In this document: piece after piece, positions 1-9,069 of the stretch | Position numbering within the stretch: the stretch's first letter is position 1 | How the letters are laid out: each line of letters begins with the position of its first letter | Source: Oscillospiraceae bacterium | GTDB lineage: Bacteria > Bacillota > Clostridia > Oscillospirales > CAG-272 | Length of the DNA: 64,000 nt | Reading direction: 5' to 3' | Assembly (NCBI GenBank): GCA_015064315.1 | Contig: SVSL01000005.1 | Coordinates: 182-64,181 of the forward strand | Made by a program: the position numbers and the translations under genes | The notes under the pieces: generated by a model | Databases searched by the model: none | Seen by the model: the letters and a program-made list of their open reading frames with translations, nothing else | Told to the model about the DNA's origin: nothing

Positions 1-18
1 AAAAAATTCTTTCATTTC

Positions 19-45
19 CGGGGCGTCGAGGACGTCGCCCCCTAC
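19..45. repeat. Solo REP-like hairpin arm (CTAC-tailed) at the window edge
   Basis: CGGGGCG-TCGAGGACGT-CGCCCC-CTAC. It is identical to the arm at 14313..14340, and its partner arm presumably lies upstream of the window. Confidence 0.7.
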
Positions 46-111
46 GAGATTGGAAGGAAATCGGACGAAAGAGCGTAGCCGCAAAATTCACGGTTATATT
101 TATCCTTGATC

Positions 112-188
112 GTAGGGGCGATTCATGAATCGCCCGTTTTAAAAATGATTGAATCCGTATGGGCGGGCGCTTCGTGAAGCGCCCCTAC
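112..188. repeat. GTAG...CTAC twin-hairpin doublet (REPIN-like)
   Basis: GTAG-GGGCGA-ttcatgaa-TCGCCC at 112..136 and GGGCGC-ttcgtgaa-GCGCCC-CTAC at 161..188. The same architecture recurs at 13990, 14399, 16079, 25834 and 25964. Confidence 0.75.
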
Positions 189-396
189 GGGTTTGTGCGT
201 AATTTATCGTTTTCCGTGTCACCTCTGAGAAGGCTCGCAAGCTCGCCCCAAAATATCCGGTGGATGTTTTTCGCAGTCGACAACGCCCACAGGGCTGGCA
301 ACGCCCTTGGCGTTGGGGTCTCTTAACGATTTTCCATATCCCCTGAGCGGAGAAAAAACGCACGTTCGGCGTATCGATGCGGTTTGAATTTTTGCC

Positions 397-490
397 TGTA
401 GGGGTCGACGTCCTCGACGACCCGAGAAGCAACAAATTTTGCTTTTTATACGGCTACCAATCCGGACCGTCGAGGACGCCGGTCCCTACA
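397..490. repeat. REPIN/MITE-like inverted pair of 28-nt hairpin arms
   Basis: The left arm is TGTAG-GGGTCG-ACGTCCTCGA-CGACCC-G (397..424). The right arm is C-GGACCG-TCGAGGACGC-CGGTCC-CTACA (463..490). Confidence 0.75.
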
Positions 491-583
491 AGGTTTGAGG
501 GAAATCGGACGAAAGAGCGTCGCCATATAATTCCCAATTTCATCTACCCTTGACCGTCCAAACGAAAAAGTCCATGGTTTTTC

Positions 584-612
584 TTGACACCCCTTTGATT
601 TTATGCTATAAT
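584..612 (+). promoter_or_regulatory. Sigma-A type promoter for 636..1106
   Basis: TTGACA (584..589), 17-nt spacer, TGC-TATAAT (TATAAT at 607..612). Confidence 0.65.
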
Positions 613-635
613 GAAGGCAGAAGGACGGTGATTAC

Positions 636-1106
636 ATGAAATATTGCTTGAAGGATCGGATACAAGATTTTGAATTTCATGATAGCATATTTTCTTTTGT
701 ATCTTGGGGATCAGACTGCTTAGTGCTCTCGGCAAGACATTTGAATCTTCATAAGGATACAATAGCGAGTTTGGGTAATACCGATTTGGAAATTGAGAAC
801 GCCAAGATTACCTTTCACGGTTTTTCTGTTCGTTCTTTTGAGCCGGGACGTGTGTGGGAGAAGGATGAAAACGGGAATTCATATACCAAAGAGTCTTTGG
901 TGATCTATACCGATGACGAGGCGCGGGTAAAATTGGAGCAGGAATTGCGGCAGGATCTTTGGGTATATCATTTTGAAAAAGCGTTGGATGGATATGAGAT
1001 CGGAGCCAGCGGCAAGGAGCCCTATTTTACTGTTTATGTCGTCTTTGATTCGGTGGACGTGGAATGGGATTCCTTTTGCGGAAACGCTTGGTATGAAAAG
1101 AAATAA
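636..1106 (+). CDS. Hypothetical protein (156 aa), no recognisable motif
   Basis: The ORF has its own consensus promoter and a downstream terminator. It is visibly lower in GC than its neighbours and is embedded between repeat fields. Confidence 0.6.
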   Translation: MKYCLKDRIQDFEFHDSIFSFVSWGSDCLVLSARHLNLHKDTIASLGNTDLEIENAKITFHGFSVRSFEPGRVWEKDENGNSYTKESLVIYTDDEARVKLEQELRQDLWVYHFEKALDGYEIGASGKEPYFTVYVVFDSVDVEWDSFCGNAWYEKK

Positions 1107-1110
1107 GAAA

Positions 1111-1150
1111 AACGGAGTTTTTGCGTGAAATCGCGAAGGCTCCGTTTTTT
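1111..1150 (+). terminator. Intrinsic terminator
   Basis: AACGGAG (1111..1117) pairs with CTCCGTT (1140..1146) and is followed by a T-run to 1150. Confidence 0.6.
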
Positions 1151-1163
1151 GATCCCCCAATAC

Positions 1164-1229
1164 TGTGAAAGTTTTTTGGAGGGGGTGCGGGGGAACCTTT
1201 TTTACGAAAAAAGGTTCCCCCGCAAAAAA
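1164..1229. repeat. TGTGAAAG-TTTTTGGAGG + GGAACC-T/A hairpin element (family copy 1)
   Basis: TGTGAAAG at 1164, then GCGGGGGAACCTTTTTT-acg-AAAAAAGGTTCCCCCGC (1187..1223). Related copies sit at 59875 and 62948, and a more distant one at 14706. Confidence 0.7.
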
Positions 1230-1239
1230 TATTCCTTTG

Positions 1240-2070
1240 TTATACTCCACTATAAGCCGCGAAGCCGCCGTCAACGGGGACGACAACACCGGTTACAAAG
1301 CCGCTGGAGGCATCATCGGCAAGCCAGAGGAGGGTACCGATGAGATCGTTCACCTCTCCAAAGCGCTTCTGAGGGGTAGCGTTCAGAATCTTGTTGGTTC
1401 TTGCCGTAGGCTGACCGTCCTCGGTGAAGAGGAGGGCGCGGTTCTGGTTGGTCACAAAGAAGCCGGGAGCAATGGCGTTCACACGGATGCCGCAGGGGGC
1501 AAAGTGAACGGCAAGCCACTGGGTAAAGTTGGAGATTCCCGCCTTTGCCGCGCTGTACGCGGGGATCTTGGTCAGAGGACGGAAGGCGTTCATGGAGGAG
1601 ATATTGATGATGTTTCCTCCCGTCTTTACCATGTCCTTGGCAAAGATCTGCGTGACGAGAAAGGCAGAGGTGATGTTCAGATCAAATACGAACTTGAGAC
1701 CGCTTTCCTCCAGATCAAAGAAGGACTTGAGGCCCTCGGTGTCGGGGGTCATAGTCTCGTTGTCGCAGGTGGCACGGGGATTGTTTCCGCCGGCACCGTT
1801 GATGAGGAAGTTGACGGGACCGAACTTGCTCTTAATGGTCTCGTAGGCAGCCTCAATGCTTGCCTTCTCCAGGCAGTTGGTGGGAACGGCAAGAGCGTTC
1901 TCGCCAATGCTTGCGGCAACTGCTTCTGCCGCCTCGGCGTTGATGTCCAGGAGCGCTACCTTGGCGCCGCATTCTGCCAGCGCGCGGGCAAATTCGCTCA
2001 TCAGCACGCCGCCGGCGCCGGTAATGGCAACCACCTTGTTGCTCAGATCAATTTGATAGGGTAATTTCAT
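1240..2070 (-). CDS. SDR-family oxidoreductase, possibly D-mannonate/fructuronate-type (UxuB-like)
   Basis: ITGAGGVL glycine-rich NAD(P) motif and an NGAGGN segment. It sits in an operon with uxuA, and its ATG overlaps the upstream stop (ATGA at 2067..2070). Confidence 0.8.
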   Translation of the reverse strand: MKLPYQIDLSNKVVAITGAGGVLMSEFARALAECGAKVALLDINAEAAEAVAASIGENALAVPTNCLEKASIEAAYETIKSKFGPVNFLINGAGGNNPRATCDNETMTPDTEGLKSFFDLEESGLKFVFDLNITSAFLVTQIFAKDMVKTGGNIINISSMNAFRPLTKIPAYSAAKAGISNFTQWLAVHFAPCGIRVNAIAPGFFVTNQNRALLFTEDGQPTARTNKILNATPQKRFGEVNDLIGTLLWLADDASSGFVTGVVVPVDGGFAAYSGV

Positions 2071-3005
2071 TGGAAATCCTCCTCAGGTTCATGAAAGAAT
2101 TGAATGATATAGGGCTCGTCGCCATGGAAACCGATCTCACAGCGCGAAAGAATCCAGGTCTTTCCGCCGTCGGGACTGCCTTGATAGAACAGATAGATCC
2201 TTCCGTCATCATCGATGAAAACGTAGGGGTGTCCCGATTCGGATGCGTTCCAGTCGCCCTCCTTGCCGCAGGGCAGGAATGGATGATCAAGAGGCTTTAC
2301 AAAATGAACGCCATCCTCGGACACCGCGTAGCCGATCTGTTGAGGCGTACAGTTGTAGGAGCCGCCGTAAAACAGATAGACCTTGTTGTTCCGTACCAGC
2401 GTTGCCGCCGCCTCAATACACTTGCCCTCCCAAGGATATTCGGGAGAAAGGATGGGGGCGTTTACCGCCTGCGTCCATTGGTCACGGGAGTAGTCCGAGC
2501 CGAGAGGGGCGTAGGCGCAGCCCTGCATCTGGATCTTGAAGTCCTTGTCACGGGTTGCGATATAGAGGAAGAGCTTGTCTCCAAAGGCAACCACGTCGGC
2601 ATCAATGGCGCGACCGCAGCACCAGTCAGCGGTGGGGCGAAAGATGGGATTGGTGGGGTCTTTTTCAAAGTGAATGCCGTCACGCGAGGTGGCGTGGCAG
2701 ATGGCGTCTCTTTCCCGATTTCCGTAGGTTTGGTAAAAGAGATGAACCACGCCGTTCTCCACGTACGCCGCGGGAGCACCAATGCCTTTTTCTTCACATT
2801 CCTGCGTGAGCGGAAGAAAATCAACGAACGTCCAGTGCTCCATATCGCTTGACGTGGCAATGGCAACGATGAGGCGATCCTTGTCTCCGGGGTTCTTTCC
2901 CGAAATGAAGGAGCTGTGATAGAGATAGTAGGTGTCTCCCAGCCGAATAACGGCGGGATCCTTGGCGAATTTTTCTTTTGAGCCGTGACTGTCGGTGTAA
3001 AGCAT
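2067..3005 (-). CDS. Five-bladed beta-propeller glycoside hydrolase (GH43-like)
   Basis: 312 aa with repeated hydrophobic-strand/Asp patterns (DPAVIRLGDTYYLY, GAPAAYVENGVVHLFY, IEAAATLVRNNKVYLFY). The family assignment is made by eye. Confidence 0.65.
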   Translation of the reverse strand: MLYTDSHGSKEKFAKDPAVIRLGDTYYLYHSSFISGKNPGDKDRLIVAIATSSDMEHWTFVDFLPLTQECEEKGIGAPAAYVENGVVHLFYQTYGNRERDAICHATSRDGIHFEKDPTNPIFRPTADWCCGRAIDADVVAFGDKLFLYIATRDKDFKIQMQGCAYAPLGSDYSRDQWTQAVNAPILSPEYPWEGKCIEAAATLVRNNKVYLFYGGSYNCTPQQIGYAVSEDGVHFVKPLDHPFLPCGKEGDWNASESGHPYVFIDDDGRIYLFYQGSPDGGKTWILSRCEIGFHGDEPYIIQFFHEPEEDFQ

Positions 3006-3009
3006 GGCG

Positions 3010-4044
3010 TTACCTTTCTGCTTTTTCTACTGCCTCGAAAAGACCGTAGAGATAGGTTGCGCCAAGGGCTCTGTCAAAGAGACCGTAGCCGGGCTTGCCG
3101 TCCTCGCCCCAGATGTTTCTTCCGTGGTCGGGACGAACGTAGCCGTCAAAGCCGCTTTCCACAAGAGCTTTCACGATTCCGTACATATCAAGGCTTCCGG
3201 TCTCGGTCAGGTGACCGCTCTCGCAGAAGTCCAGCTCGCCCTCGTGTCGGATCTGACGCAGATGGGCAAAGTAAGAGCGAGGCGCCAGAAGGCGCGCCAT
3301 GGCAACCATATCGTTGTCGCGTCCCGCGCCCAGAGAGCCGGTGCAAAGGGTAATGCCGTTGTGGGGATTGGGAATGGCGGTAAAGAGCTTGTTGTAGCTG
3401 TCCATACCCGTGATGATACGGGGCAGACCGAACATATCCCACGGCGGGTCGTCGGGATGAATCGCCATATTGATGCCGGTCTCGTCGCAGGCGGGCATAA
3501 TGCCTCTCAGGAAGTAGACCAGATTGTCGAACAGAGTCTCGTGGCTCATATCCTTGTAGGAATCCAGAAGGGCGTTGAGCTGATCCGAGGTGTAGCTTTC
3601 ATCCCAGCCGGGCAGATGCAGGTTCTTGGGATCCAGACGCATCAGCTCCTCGTGGCAGTAGGAAAGCGAGTTGGAGCCGTCCTCCGCAAGGGTGTGCAGA
3701 TTGGTGCGGAGCCAGTCGAACACGGGCATAAAGTTGTAGCAGATGCACTTGACACCTACCTTGCCCAGATTGCGGATGGTTTGGGCATAGTTGGCAATGA
3801 GTCGGTCACGGGAGGGAAGACCCAATTTGATGTCCTCGTGAACCGGAACGCTCTCAATAACCTCCATTTCCAGTCCGTTTTGGTCGCAGAGCTCCTTGAG
3901 GCGCAGGATGCGATCCATGGGCCATACCTCGCCCACGGGAATGTCGTAAACGGCGGTTACAACGCCGCTCATGCCGGGAATCTGGCGAATGTAGGAAAGC
4001 GGAATGCTATCGCTTTCGCCGTACCAGCGAAACGTCATTTTCAT
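3010..4044 (-). CDS. uxuA: Mannonate dehydratase
   Basis: MKMTFRWYG...VVTAVYDIPVGEVW...CYNFMPVFDWLRT...HPDDPP...MCTGS closely parallels E. coli UxuA. I chose the start at 4044 because AAGGAG lies 10 nt upstream. Confidence 0.88.
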   Translation of the reverse strand: MKMTFRWYGESDSIPLSYIRQIPGMSGVVTAVYDIPVGEVWPMDRILRLKELCDQNGLEMEVIESVPVHEDIKLGLPSRDRLIANYAQTIRNLGKVGVKCICYNFMPVFDWLRTNLHTLAEDGSNSLSYCHEELMRLDPKNLHLPGWDESYTSDQLNALLDSYKDMSHETLFDNLVYFLRGIMPACDETGINMAIHPDDPPWDMFGLPRIITGMDSYNKLFTAIPNPHNGITLCTGSLGAGRDNDMVAMARLLAPRSYFAHLRQIRHEGELDFCESGHLTETGSLDMYGIVKALVESGFDGYVRPDHGRNIWGEDGKPGYGLFDRALGATYLYGLFEAVEKAER

Positions 4045-4125
4045 GATGGAAAAACTCCTTTTTAATAAATTCAACGCTTTTGTGTCGTTTTTAAGGGGGT
4101 GAATTTTTCTTTTTTTAGAATGATA

Positions 4126-5139
4126 TCAAATCTCGTTCTTAAAAATCTCGATCCGCTTGCCGTTTGAGGCGTACATGGAAAGAATGAGGCGAACCACCTT
4201 GCCGCCCTCCTTTTCGTCCAGCGGGAAGGGGAGATCATTCTCAATGCAGTGATAGAAATGGGCGATCAGCGCCTTGTGACCGTTGCCCCAAACCGATTTT
4301 CCAACGCCGTCCTCACGGTTCTCCGCGCGAAGGATCTCACCGTTTACCGTGAGCAGATCGTTTTCGGCGTGTACTGTCTTTTTGCCGTTCAGGCGCAGAC
4401 GGATGTGCGCGGGGAAGCTCTTTCCCGCAGCGGTGGTGGCGTAAAAGTTGATCAGCGTTCCGTCGGGACACTCAAAGCGCGCCGCCGCCAGATCCTCCAC
4501 CTCAATGGAGCCCTTGTGATGGTCGTTTGCCGTGTGGGCAAGCACGTGGGTGGGCATACCGCAGATCCATTGCAAGAGGTCCAGGGTGTGAAGGGCTTGG
4601 TTGATCATCACGCCGCCGCCCTCCTGCTCCCAGGAGCCGCGCCAGCTGCCCGAGGCGTAATAGGCTTCATCGCGGATCCATACCACGTCGCCAAACGCCG
4701 CCAGAACCCCTTCGGAATCGGCAAGGCTTTTGGCGCCCAAAAAGTTGGGCTCGTAGCGGTTCTGATGGCAAACGCCCAGCTTGGCGGAGCTTTTCTTTGC
4801 GGCAGCTTCCACGCTTGCAAGCTGCTCCATGGAGATCGAGAGGGGCTTTTCGCAAAGCACGTGAATATTTCTTTCCAGCGCCTCCACGCACATTTCGGCG
4901 TGGAGGTAGTGGGGGGTACAAATGTGAACGATGTCGGGCTTTTCCGCGTCCAGCATCTCCTTGTAGTCGGTGTAAACGGGAATCTCCGTCAGCTCGTATT
5001 TTTCCATGATGCGAGCCGCTTGCGCGGGATCGATGTCACAGAGCGCGCAGATGGCTTGCCCCGCATTAAGGATGCCCTTGATATGATTGCCGCAAATGGC
5101 TCCGCAGCCAATGACGGCAACTCTGAAAGCCTTTTTCAT
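4126..5139 (-). CDS. Gfo/Idh/MocA-family oxidoreductase
   Basis: N-terminal Rossmann fold VAVIGCGAICGNH and an EKP motif (LCEKPL). Confidence 0.85.
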   Translation of the reverse strand: MKKAFRVAVIGCGAICGNHIKGILNAGQAICALCDIDPAQAARIMEKYELTEIPVYTDYKEMLDAEKPDIVHICTPHYLHAEMCVEALERNIHVLCEKPLSISMEQLASVEAAAKKSSAKLGVCHQNRYEPNFLGAKSLADSEGVLAAFGDVVWIRDEAYYASGSWRGSWEQEGGGVMINQALHTLDLLQWICGMPTHVLAHTANDHHKGSIEVEDLAAARFECPDGTLINFYATTAAGKSFPAHIRLRLNGKKTVHAENDLLTVNGEILRAENREDGVGKSVWGNGHKALIAHFYHCIENDLPFPLDEKEGGKVVRLILSMYASNGKRIEIFKNEI

Positions 5140-5175
5140 GATGATACGCTTCCTTGTTGTTTTTGAAAGATTATT

Positions 5176-6351
5176 TTATTTGGAGCCGTAGGTTCCGTCG
5201 GTATCCAGTACCACGTCAACGCCGTCTTTTCTGCGGCCGGTGGCAATTCTCTTGTTCAGCTCGGCAAGATAGAGCTCGTCGTCAATGGGCAGGGAAACGG
5301 TCTGTCCCAGCCAGGTGGAAAGCAGCATGGCATCCATCAGCTCAACGCCGCGCAGACCCTCGGTTCCCTGTACGAACAGGGGCTCAAGACCCAGAATGGC
5401 GTTGGAGAAGTTGTTCAGGATTCCCACGTGCTGAGGATTCTGACCGTCGGTCTCCACCTCAATGATCTCTGCCTTGGGATGACCGAAGCCGCCCTTGTAG
5501 GTGGCGTTGAACTCGCGCTCGGGGGTGTCCAGCTTGTGGAAGACCAGGGTCTTGCCGTCGCAAACCAGCTTACCGTTGTTACCCGTGATCTCAAAGCGGT
5601 TGGTACCGGGCGCGTCGGCGGTGGTGGTAACGAAAACGCCGGTTGCGCCGTTTTCGTACTCCAGATATGCGGTTACGTCATCCTCAACCTCAATGTCGTG
5701 CCATTTGCCGAAGTGGCAGAAGGTATGCACGCGCGCGGGCATCATGCCGGTGACCCACTGCAAAAGGTCGAGCTGATGGGGGCATTGATTGAACAGCACG
5801 CCGCCGCCTTCTCCTCTCCATGTGGCTCTCCAGTCACCCGAATCGTAGTAGCTCTGAGAGCGGTACCAGTCGGTGATGATCCAGTTGACGCGCTTGATCT
5901 CACCCAGCTCGCCGTTTTGGATCATTTCGTGCATCTTGCGGTAGAGGCAGTTGGTTCTTTGGTTGAACATCATGGTAAAGAGCGTGTCGGATTTTTCGGC
6001 AACCGCATTCATTTCCTTTACCTGCTTGGTGTAAACGCCTGCGGGCTTTTCGCAGATGACGTGAAGACCTGCGTTCATGGCATCAATGGAGATAGAGGGA
6101 TGGAAGTAGTGGGGAACGGCAACGATGACCGCGTCCACAAGACCGCTTGCAAGCATCTCCTTGTAGTCGGTAAAGGTTGCAAGAGAGGATGCACCCTCGA
6201 ATTCCAGGGCGAGCACCTTTTCCATTTTTGCGGGCTTGAGGTCGCAGATGGCGGTGAGAACGCCGTTTTCTACTGCGCCGCTGAGAAATTTCTTGGCGTG
6301 AGAGGAACCCATGTTACCTACGCCGATAATACCGTATCTTACTTTTTCCAT
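5176..6351 (-). CDS. Gfo/Idh/MocA-family oxidoreductase
   Basis: YGIIGVGNMGSSH, VICEKPA. It overlaps the upstream gene's stop by 13 nt. Confidence 0.85.
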   Translation of the reverse strand: MEKVRYGIIGVGNMGSSHAKKFLSGAVENGVLTAICDLKPAKMEKVLALEFEGASSLATFTDYKEMLASGLVDAVIVAVPHYFHPSISIDAMNAGLHVICEKPAGVYTKQVKEMNAVAEKSDTLFTMMFNQRTNCLYRKMHEMIQNGELGEIKRVNWIITDWYRSQSYYDSGDWRATWRGEGGGVLFNQCPHQLDLLQWVTGMMPARVHTFCHFGKWHDIEVEDDVTAYLEYENGATGVFVTTTADAPGTNRFEITGNNGKLVCDGKTLVFHKLDTPEREFNATYKGGFGHPKAEIIEVETDGQNPQHVGILNNFSNAILGLEPLFVQGTEGLRGVELMDAMLLSTWLGQTVSLPIDDELYLAELNKRIATGRRKDGVDVVLDTDGTYGSK

Positions 6352-7217
6352 AATTTGTTTTCCTCCTCGTGATATCCGAGCTTTTTCAAAAGATTTTTCA
6401 AATAGCCTGCCGCGCCGTCAAAGGCGGCGTCGGGAGAGTCGTAAGAAACGCCGACTCTGAGCTTGTGCTTGTCAATGTTTTTGTAGGCGTCAAAGGGGAA
6501 GAGATGGGGCTCCAACGTGAGGAAGACGGTGCCGTCATAGGCGGCGTCCACCTTTTTCAGCGCGCCCTCGTAGTCTCCCTGTCCCATGCCAACGGGCCAG
6601 ATCTTGCGATCGGGGTAGGAGGCGTCCTTGACGTGAACGTACTCCAGACGAGGCAGGGTCACGTCCATGCCACGCACGGGATCCTGACCGTCGCGAACAA
6701 AGTTTGCCGCATCGAAGATGCCCTTGAGGCGGGGGTGGGTTGCCAGAAGATCGGCAACCTCGTCGGGATTCTGACCGTAGATCTTGGACTCGTTCTCGTG
6801 GCAGAGAAGAATCCCCTCCTTTTCGGCTTCGTCCAGCATCCATTCCATACGTCTGTGAACCTCGTCGCGGTAGGTGGCAAGCTCGTTGGTGTTTACGAAG
6901 AAGCTGAAGATGCGCATACGGTGGGTTCCAAGGATCTTACAAGCCTTGATTGCCTTTTTGAAATCCTCCATGTGGGGCTCAAAATCGTCGGTGATATTGT
7001 ATTTGCCAATGGGAGAGCCAAGGGAGGAAATGCCAATGCCCGCCTTATCGAGACGCGCGCGGATGGCGTAAAGCTCCTCCTCGGTTTTGGTCAGAATGCC
7101 GCCGTCGATGTTACGGGGCTCCAGGTATCCAATGCCGTTGCGCTCCATTGCCGCGATCTGGGCTTCCAGATCGGGGGAGACCTCGTCGGCAAAGGCGGAA
7201 ATAATAAATTGTGCCAT
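6339..7217 (-). CDS. Sugar phosphate isomerase/epimerase (xylose-isomerase-like TIM barrel)
   Basis: 292 aa with a typical AP-endonuclease-2/TIM pattern (HENES..., LEPH...). Confidence 0.78.
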   Translation of the reverse strand: MAQFIISAFADEVSPDLEAQIAAMERNGIGYLEPRNIDGGILTKTEEELYAIRARLDKAGIGISSLGSPIGKYNITDDFEPHMEDFKKAIKACKILGTHRMRIFSFFVNTNELATYRDEVHRRMEWMLDEAEKEGILLCHENESKIYGQNPDEVADLLATHPRLKGIFDAANFVRDGQDPVRGMDVTLPRLEYVHVKDASYPDRKIWPVGMGQGDYEGALKKVDAAYDGTVFLTLEPHLFPFDAYKNIDKHKLRVGVSYDSPDAAFDGAAGYLKNLLKKLGYHEEENKLWKK

Positions 7218-7241
7218 GCTGCTGTAATACTCCTTCAGAGA

Positions 7242-8006
7242 TTATTTAATGAGAGGACGGAGAGACTTAAAGCCGATCTCCATCTGACCGAAGGGATCGT
7301 CAAACTTGACCGCGTTGTCCTGCTCGATGAGCACGTTCACAACGCCGCCGTTCTTGATGCAGGCTTCGGTGATGGCGGCAAAATCGAGAACGCCGATTCC
7401 GCAGGCGCAGATCTCGCGCTCCTCGGTCTTTGCCATATCCTTGTAATGAATGTTGGGCAGGCGTGCGGCGCCGATCTTTTCGATGTACTCAATGGCGCTG
7501 TGTCCCGCAAATTCCACCCAGTAGGTGTCCATAATGAACTGCCAGTGGGGAAGGGTGCGGAGCATATAGTCGTAAAGCATTTCGCCATCGGGGGTTTTGA
7601 GCTCGAATTCAAAGGCGTGATTGTGGTAGGCAAAATGCAGACCGCTGTCCAGAATCTTCTGCACGGGAGCCTTCAGATCTTCAAAAAAGGACATCATATC
7701 CTTCTCCCCGTTGCGGTATTCCTTGGGCATGGAGCCCAGACCGATGACGGGACAGCCAAAGATCTTGTGCTCCTCAATGAGGGCGTCGGTGTCGCCCAGA
7801 ATGCGGTCGAAGGAGGAGTGGGTGCAAACAATGGGAAGCCCCGTTTCCTCGGAGATCGCCTTCAATTCAAGAGCATCGATGGGACCGCCTCCGGAGAACT
7901 GCACGTTCTCAAAGCCCATTGCCTTGATCTTTTCAAAGGTGGTGCGGATGTCCTCGGGTGTTTTGATGAAATTGCGAAGCGAGAAAAGCTGTGCGCCGAG
8001 TTTCAT
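7242..8006 (-). CDS. Sugar phosphate isomerase/epimerase (xylose-isomerase-like TIM barrel)
   Basis: Starts MKLGAQLFSLRN. The start at 8006 has an AAAGGAAAAAA ribosome site, and the longer ORF reaching 8087 runs into the promoter region. Confidence 0.78.
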   Translation of the reverse strand: MKLGAQLFSLRNFIKTPEDIRTTFEKIKAMGFENVQFSGGGPIDALELKAISEETGLPIVCTHSSFDRILGDTDALIEEHKIFGCPVIGLGSMPKEYRNGEKDMMSFFEDLKAPVQKILDSGLHFAYHNHAFEFELKTPDGEMLYDYMLRTLPHWQFIMDTYWVEFAGHSAIEYIEKIGAARLPNIHYKDMAKTEEREICACGIGVLDFAAITEACIKNGGVVNVLIEQDNAVKFDDPFGQMEIGFKSLRPLIK

Positions 8007-8107
8007 AATGTTTTTTCCTTTCTGATTTTGCAAAATCGAAAAAATGATTCCGTTTCTATTATAAAGGTTAATAAAAGAAATTTCCATTGCAATTTTTGCA
8101 ATTTATA

Positions 8108-8136
8108 TTGCAAATCTTGCTCTTTTTTGGTATAAT
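8108..8136 (+). promoter_or_regulatory. Promoter of the AraC regulator gene
   Basis: TTGCAA (8108..8113), 17 nt, TGG-TATAAT (8131..8136). The -35 box is the third of three TTGCAA(T/A) boxes. Confidence 0.55.
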
Positions 8137-8167
8137 AGAAAAAAGAAAGGGAAGGGAGGGGAGCTTG

Positions 8168-8995
8168 ATGCATATCAAGACCGACTACAACGGTGCGGGA
8201 ATCAGCCTGCACCACTCTGCCACCGAGGCGCCCGATGCCTCGGAATTTGAACGCCATACCCACCGGATGTTTGAATTGATCTACGTGGTAAAGGGCAAGG
8301 GAAGATACGTGGTAGAGGGCGCGGAATATCCGTTGCTCCCCGGCACGGTGCTTTTGCTGCGCCCTTATGAATACCACTACGTTTGCCCCGAGAAAAGCAG
8401 TGCTTACGAGCGATACGTGATCCATTTTGACGCGGAGATCACCTTTGAGAGTGAGAGCACCCTTGCTTGCTTTCGGGACGACCGATTTGGCGCCGGGGTG
8501 TATTTTCCGAGAGAGAGACTGGACGAGGCGGTTCTGCACGCCTTTGAATCTCTGGATGCGGTGCGGAGATTTGCCGAGGATGATTCAACGCTGTTGCCCT
8601 CGGGAACCGTGATGGTGCGCTCCATCGTTACGCAGATTTTGTTGCTTCTCGGGGCGGCGCGCCCCGCAGAGCCCGTGGCACCGCAAAAGGAGCTGTTGTT
8701 TGGCGTGATCGGATATATCAACAGGCATCTGGATGAAAATCTGACGCTGGATGAGCTTTCCAAGCGTTTTTTTGTCAGCAAGTATTACCTCTGCAGAGCG
8801 TTTCGTCAGCATACGGGGACCACGTTCCTCTCTTATCTCACCACCAAACGGATCGCGGCGGCACAGCAGATGATCAAGGAGGGGCTCCCCGTCACCGAGA
8901 TCGCCTATCGGGTGGGCTTTCGGGAATATTCCTCCTTTTACAGAGCCTATCGCAAGCAGACGGGAAGCGCACCGGCGTGGGAGCGGAGGGAGTAG
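8168..8995 (+). CDS. AraC-family transcriptional regulator (cupin + HTH)
   Basis: The C-terminal part LDELSKRFFVSKYYLCRAFRQHTG...EIAYRVGFREYSSFYRAYRK is a typical AraC HTH. GGGAGGGGAG ribosome site before the ATG at 8168. Confidence 0.85.
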   Translation: MHIKTDYNGAGISLHHSATEAPDASEFERHTHRMFELIYVVKGKGRYVVEGAEYPLLPGTVLLLRPYEYHYVCPEKSSAYERYVIHFDAEITFESESTLACFRDDRFGAGVYFPRERLDEAVLHAFESLDAVRRFAEDDSTLLPSGTVMVRSIVTQILLLLGAARPAEPVAPQKELLFGVIGYINRHLDENLTLDELSKRFFVSKYYLCRAFRQHTGTTFLSYLTTKRIAAAQQMIKEGLPVTEIAYRVGFREYSSFYRAYRKQTGSAPAWERRE

Positions 8996-9069
8996 CCGGT
9001 ACGTTCGCGTAAGCCCGACGCAAAGAATTTTGCACCATGATCGCACACACCCAATGTAAATGTTTTGGT

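Noticed and set aside
139-435. 98-aa ORF, and similar small ORFs at 13662..14658, 9037..9417 and 62433..63082
   Set aside because: They run through the hairpin-repeat fields, so their peptides are simply translated repeats (for example GASRTSPPT). No start signals.
1187-1223. Calling the GGAACC-T/A hairpins canonical intrinsic terminators
   Set aside because: The T and A runs are inside the stem and loop, and neither strand has a U-tract after the stem. They may still pause transcription, but I list them as repeats.
6369-8135. 588-aa plus-strand ORF
   Set aside because: It is antisense to two TIM-barrel isomerase genes and runs through their intergenic region and the divergent promoter. It has no recognisable motifs.
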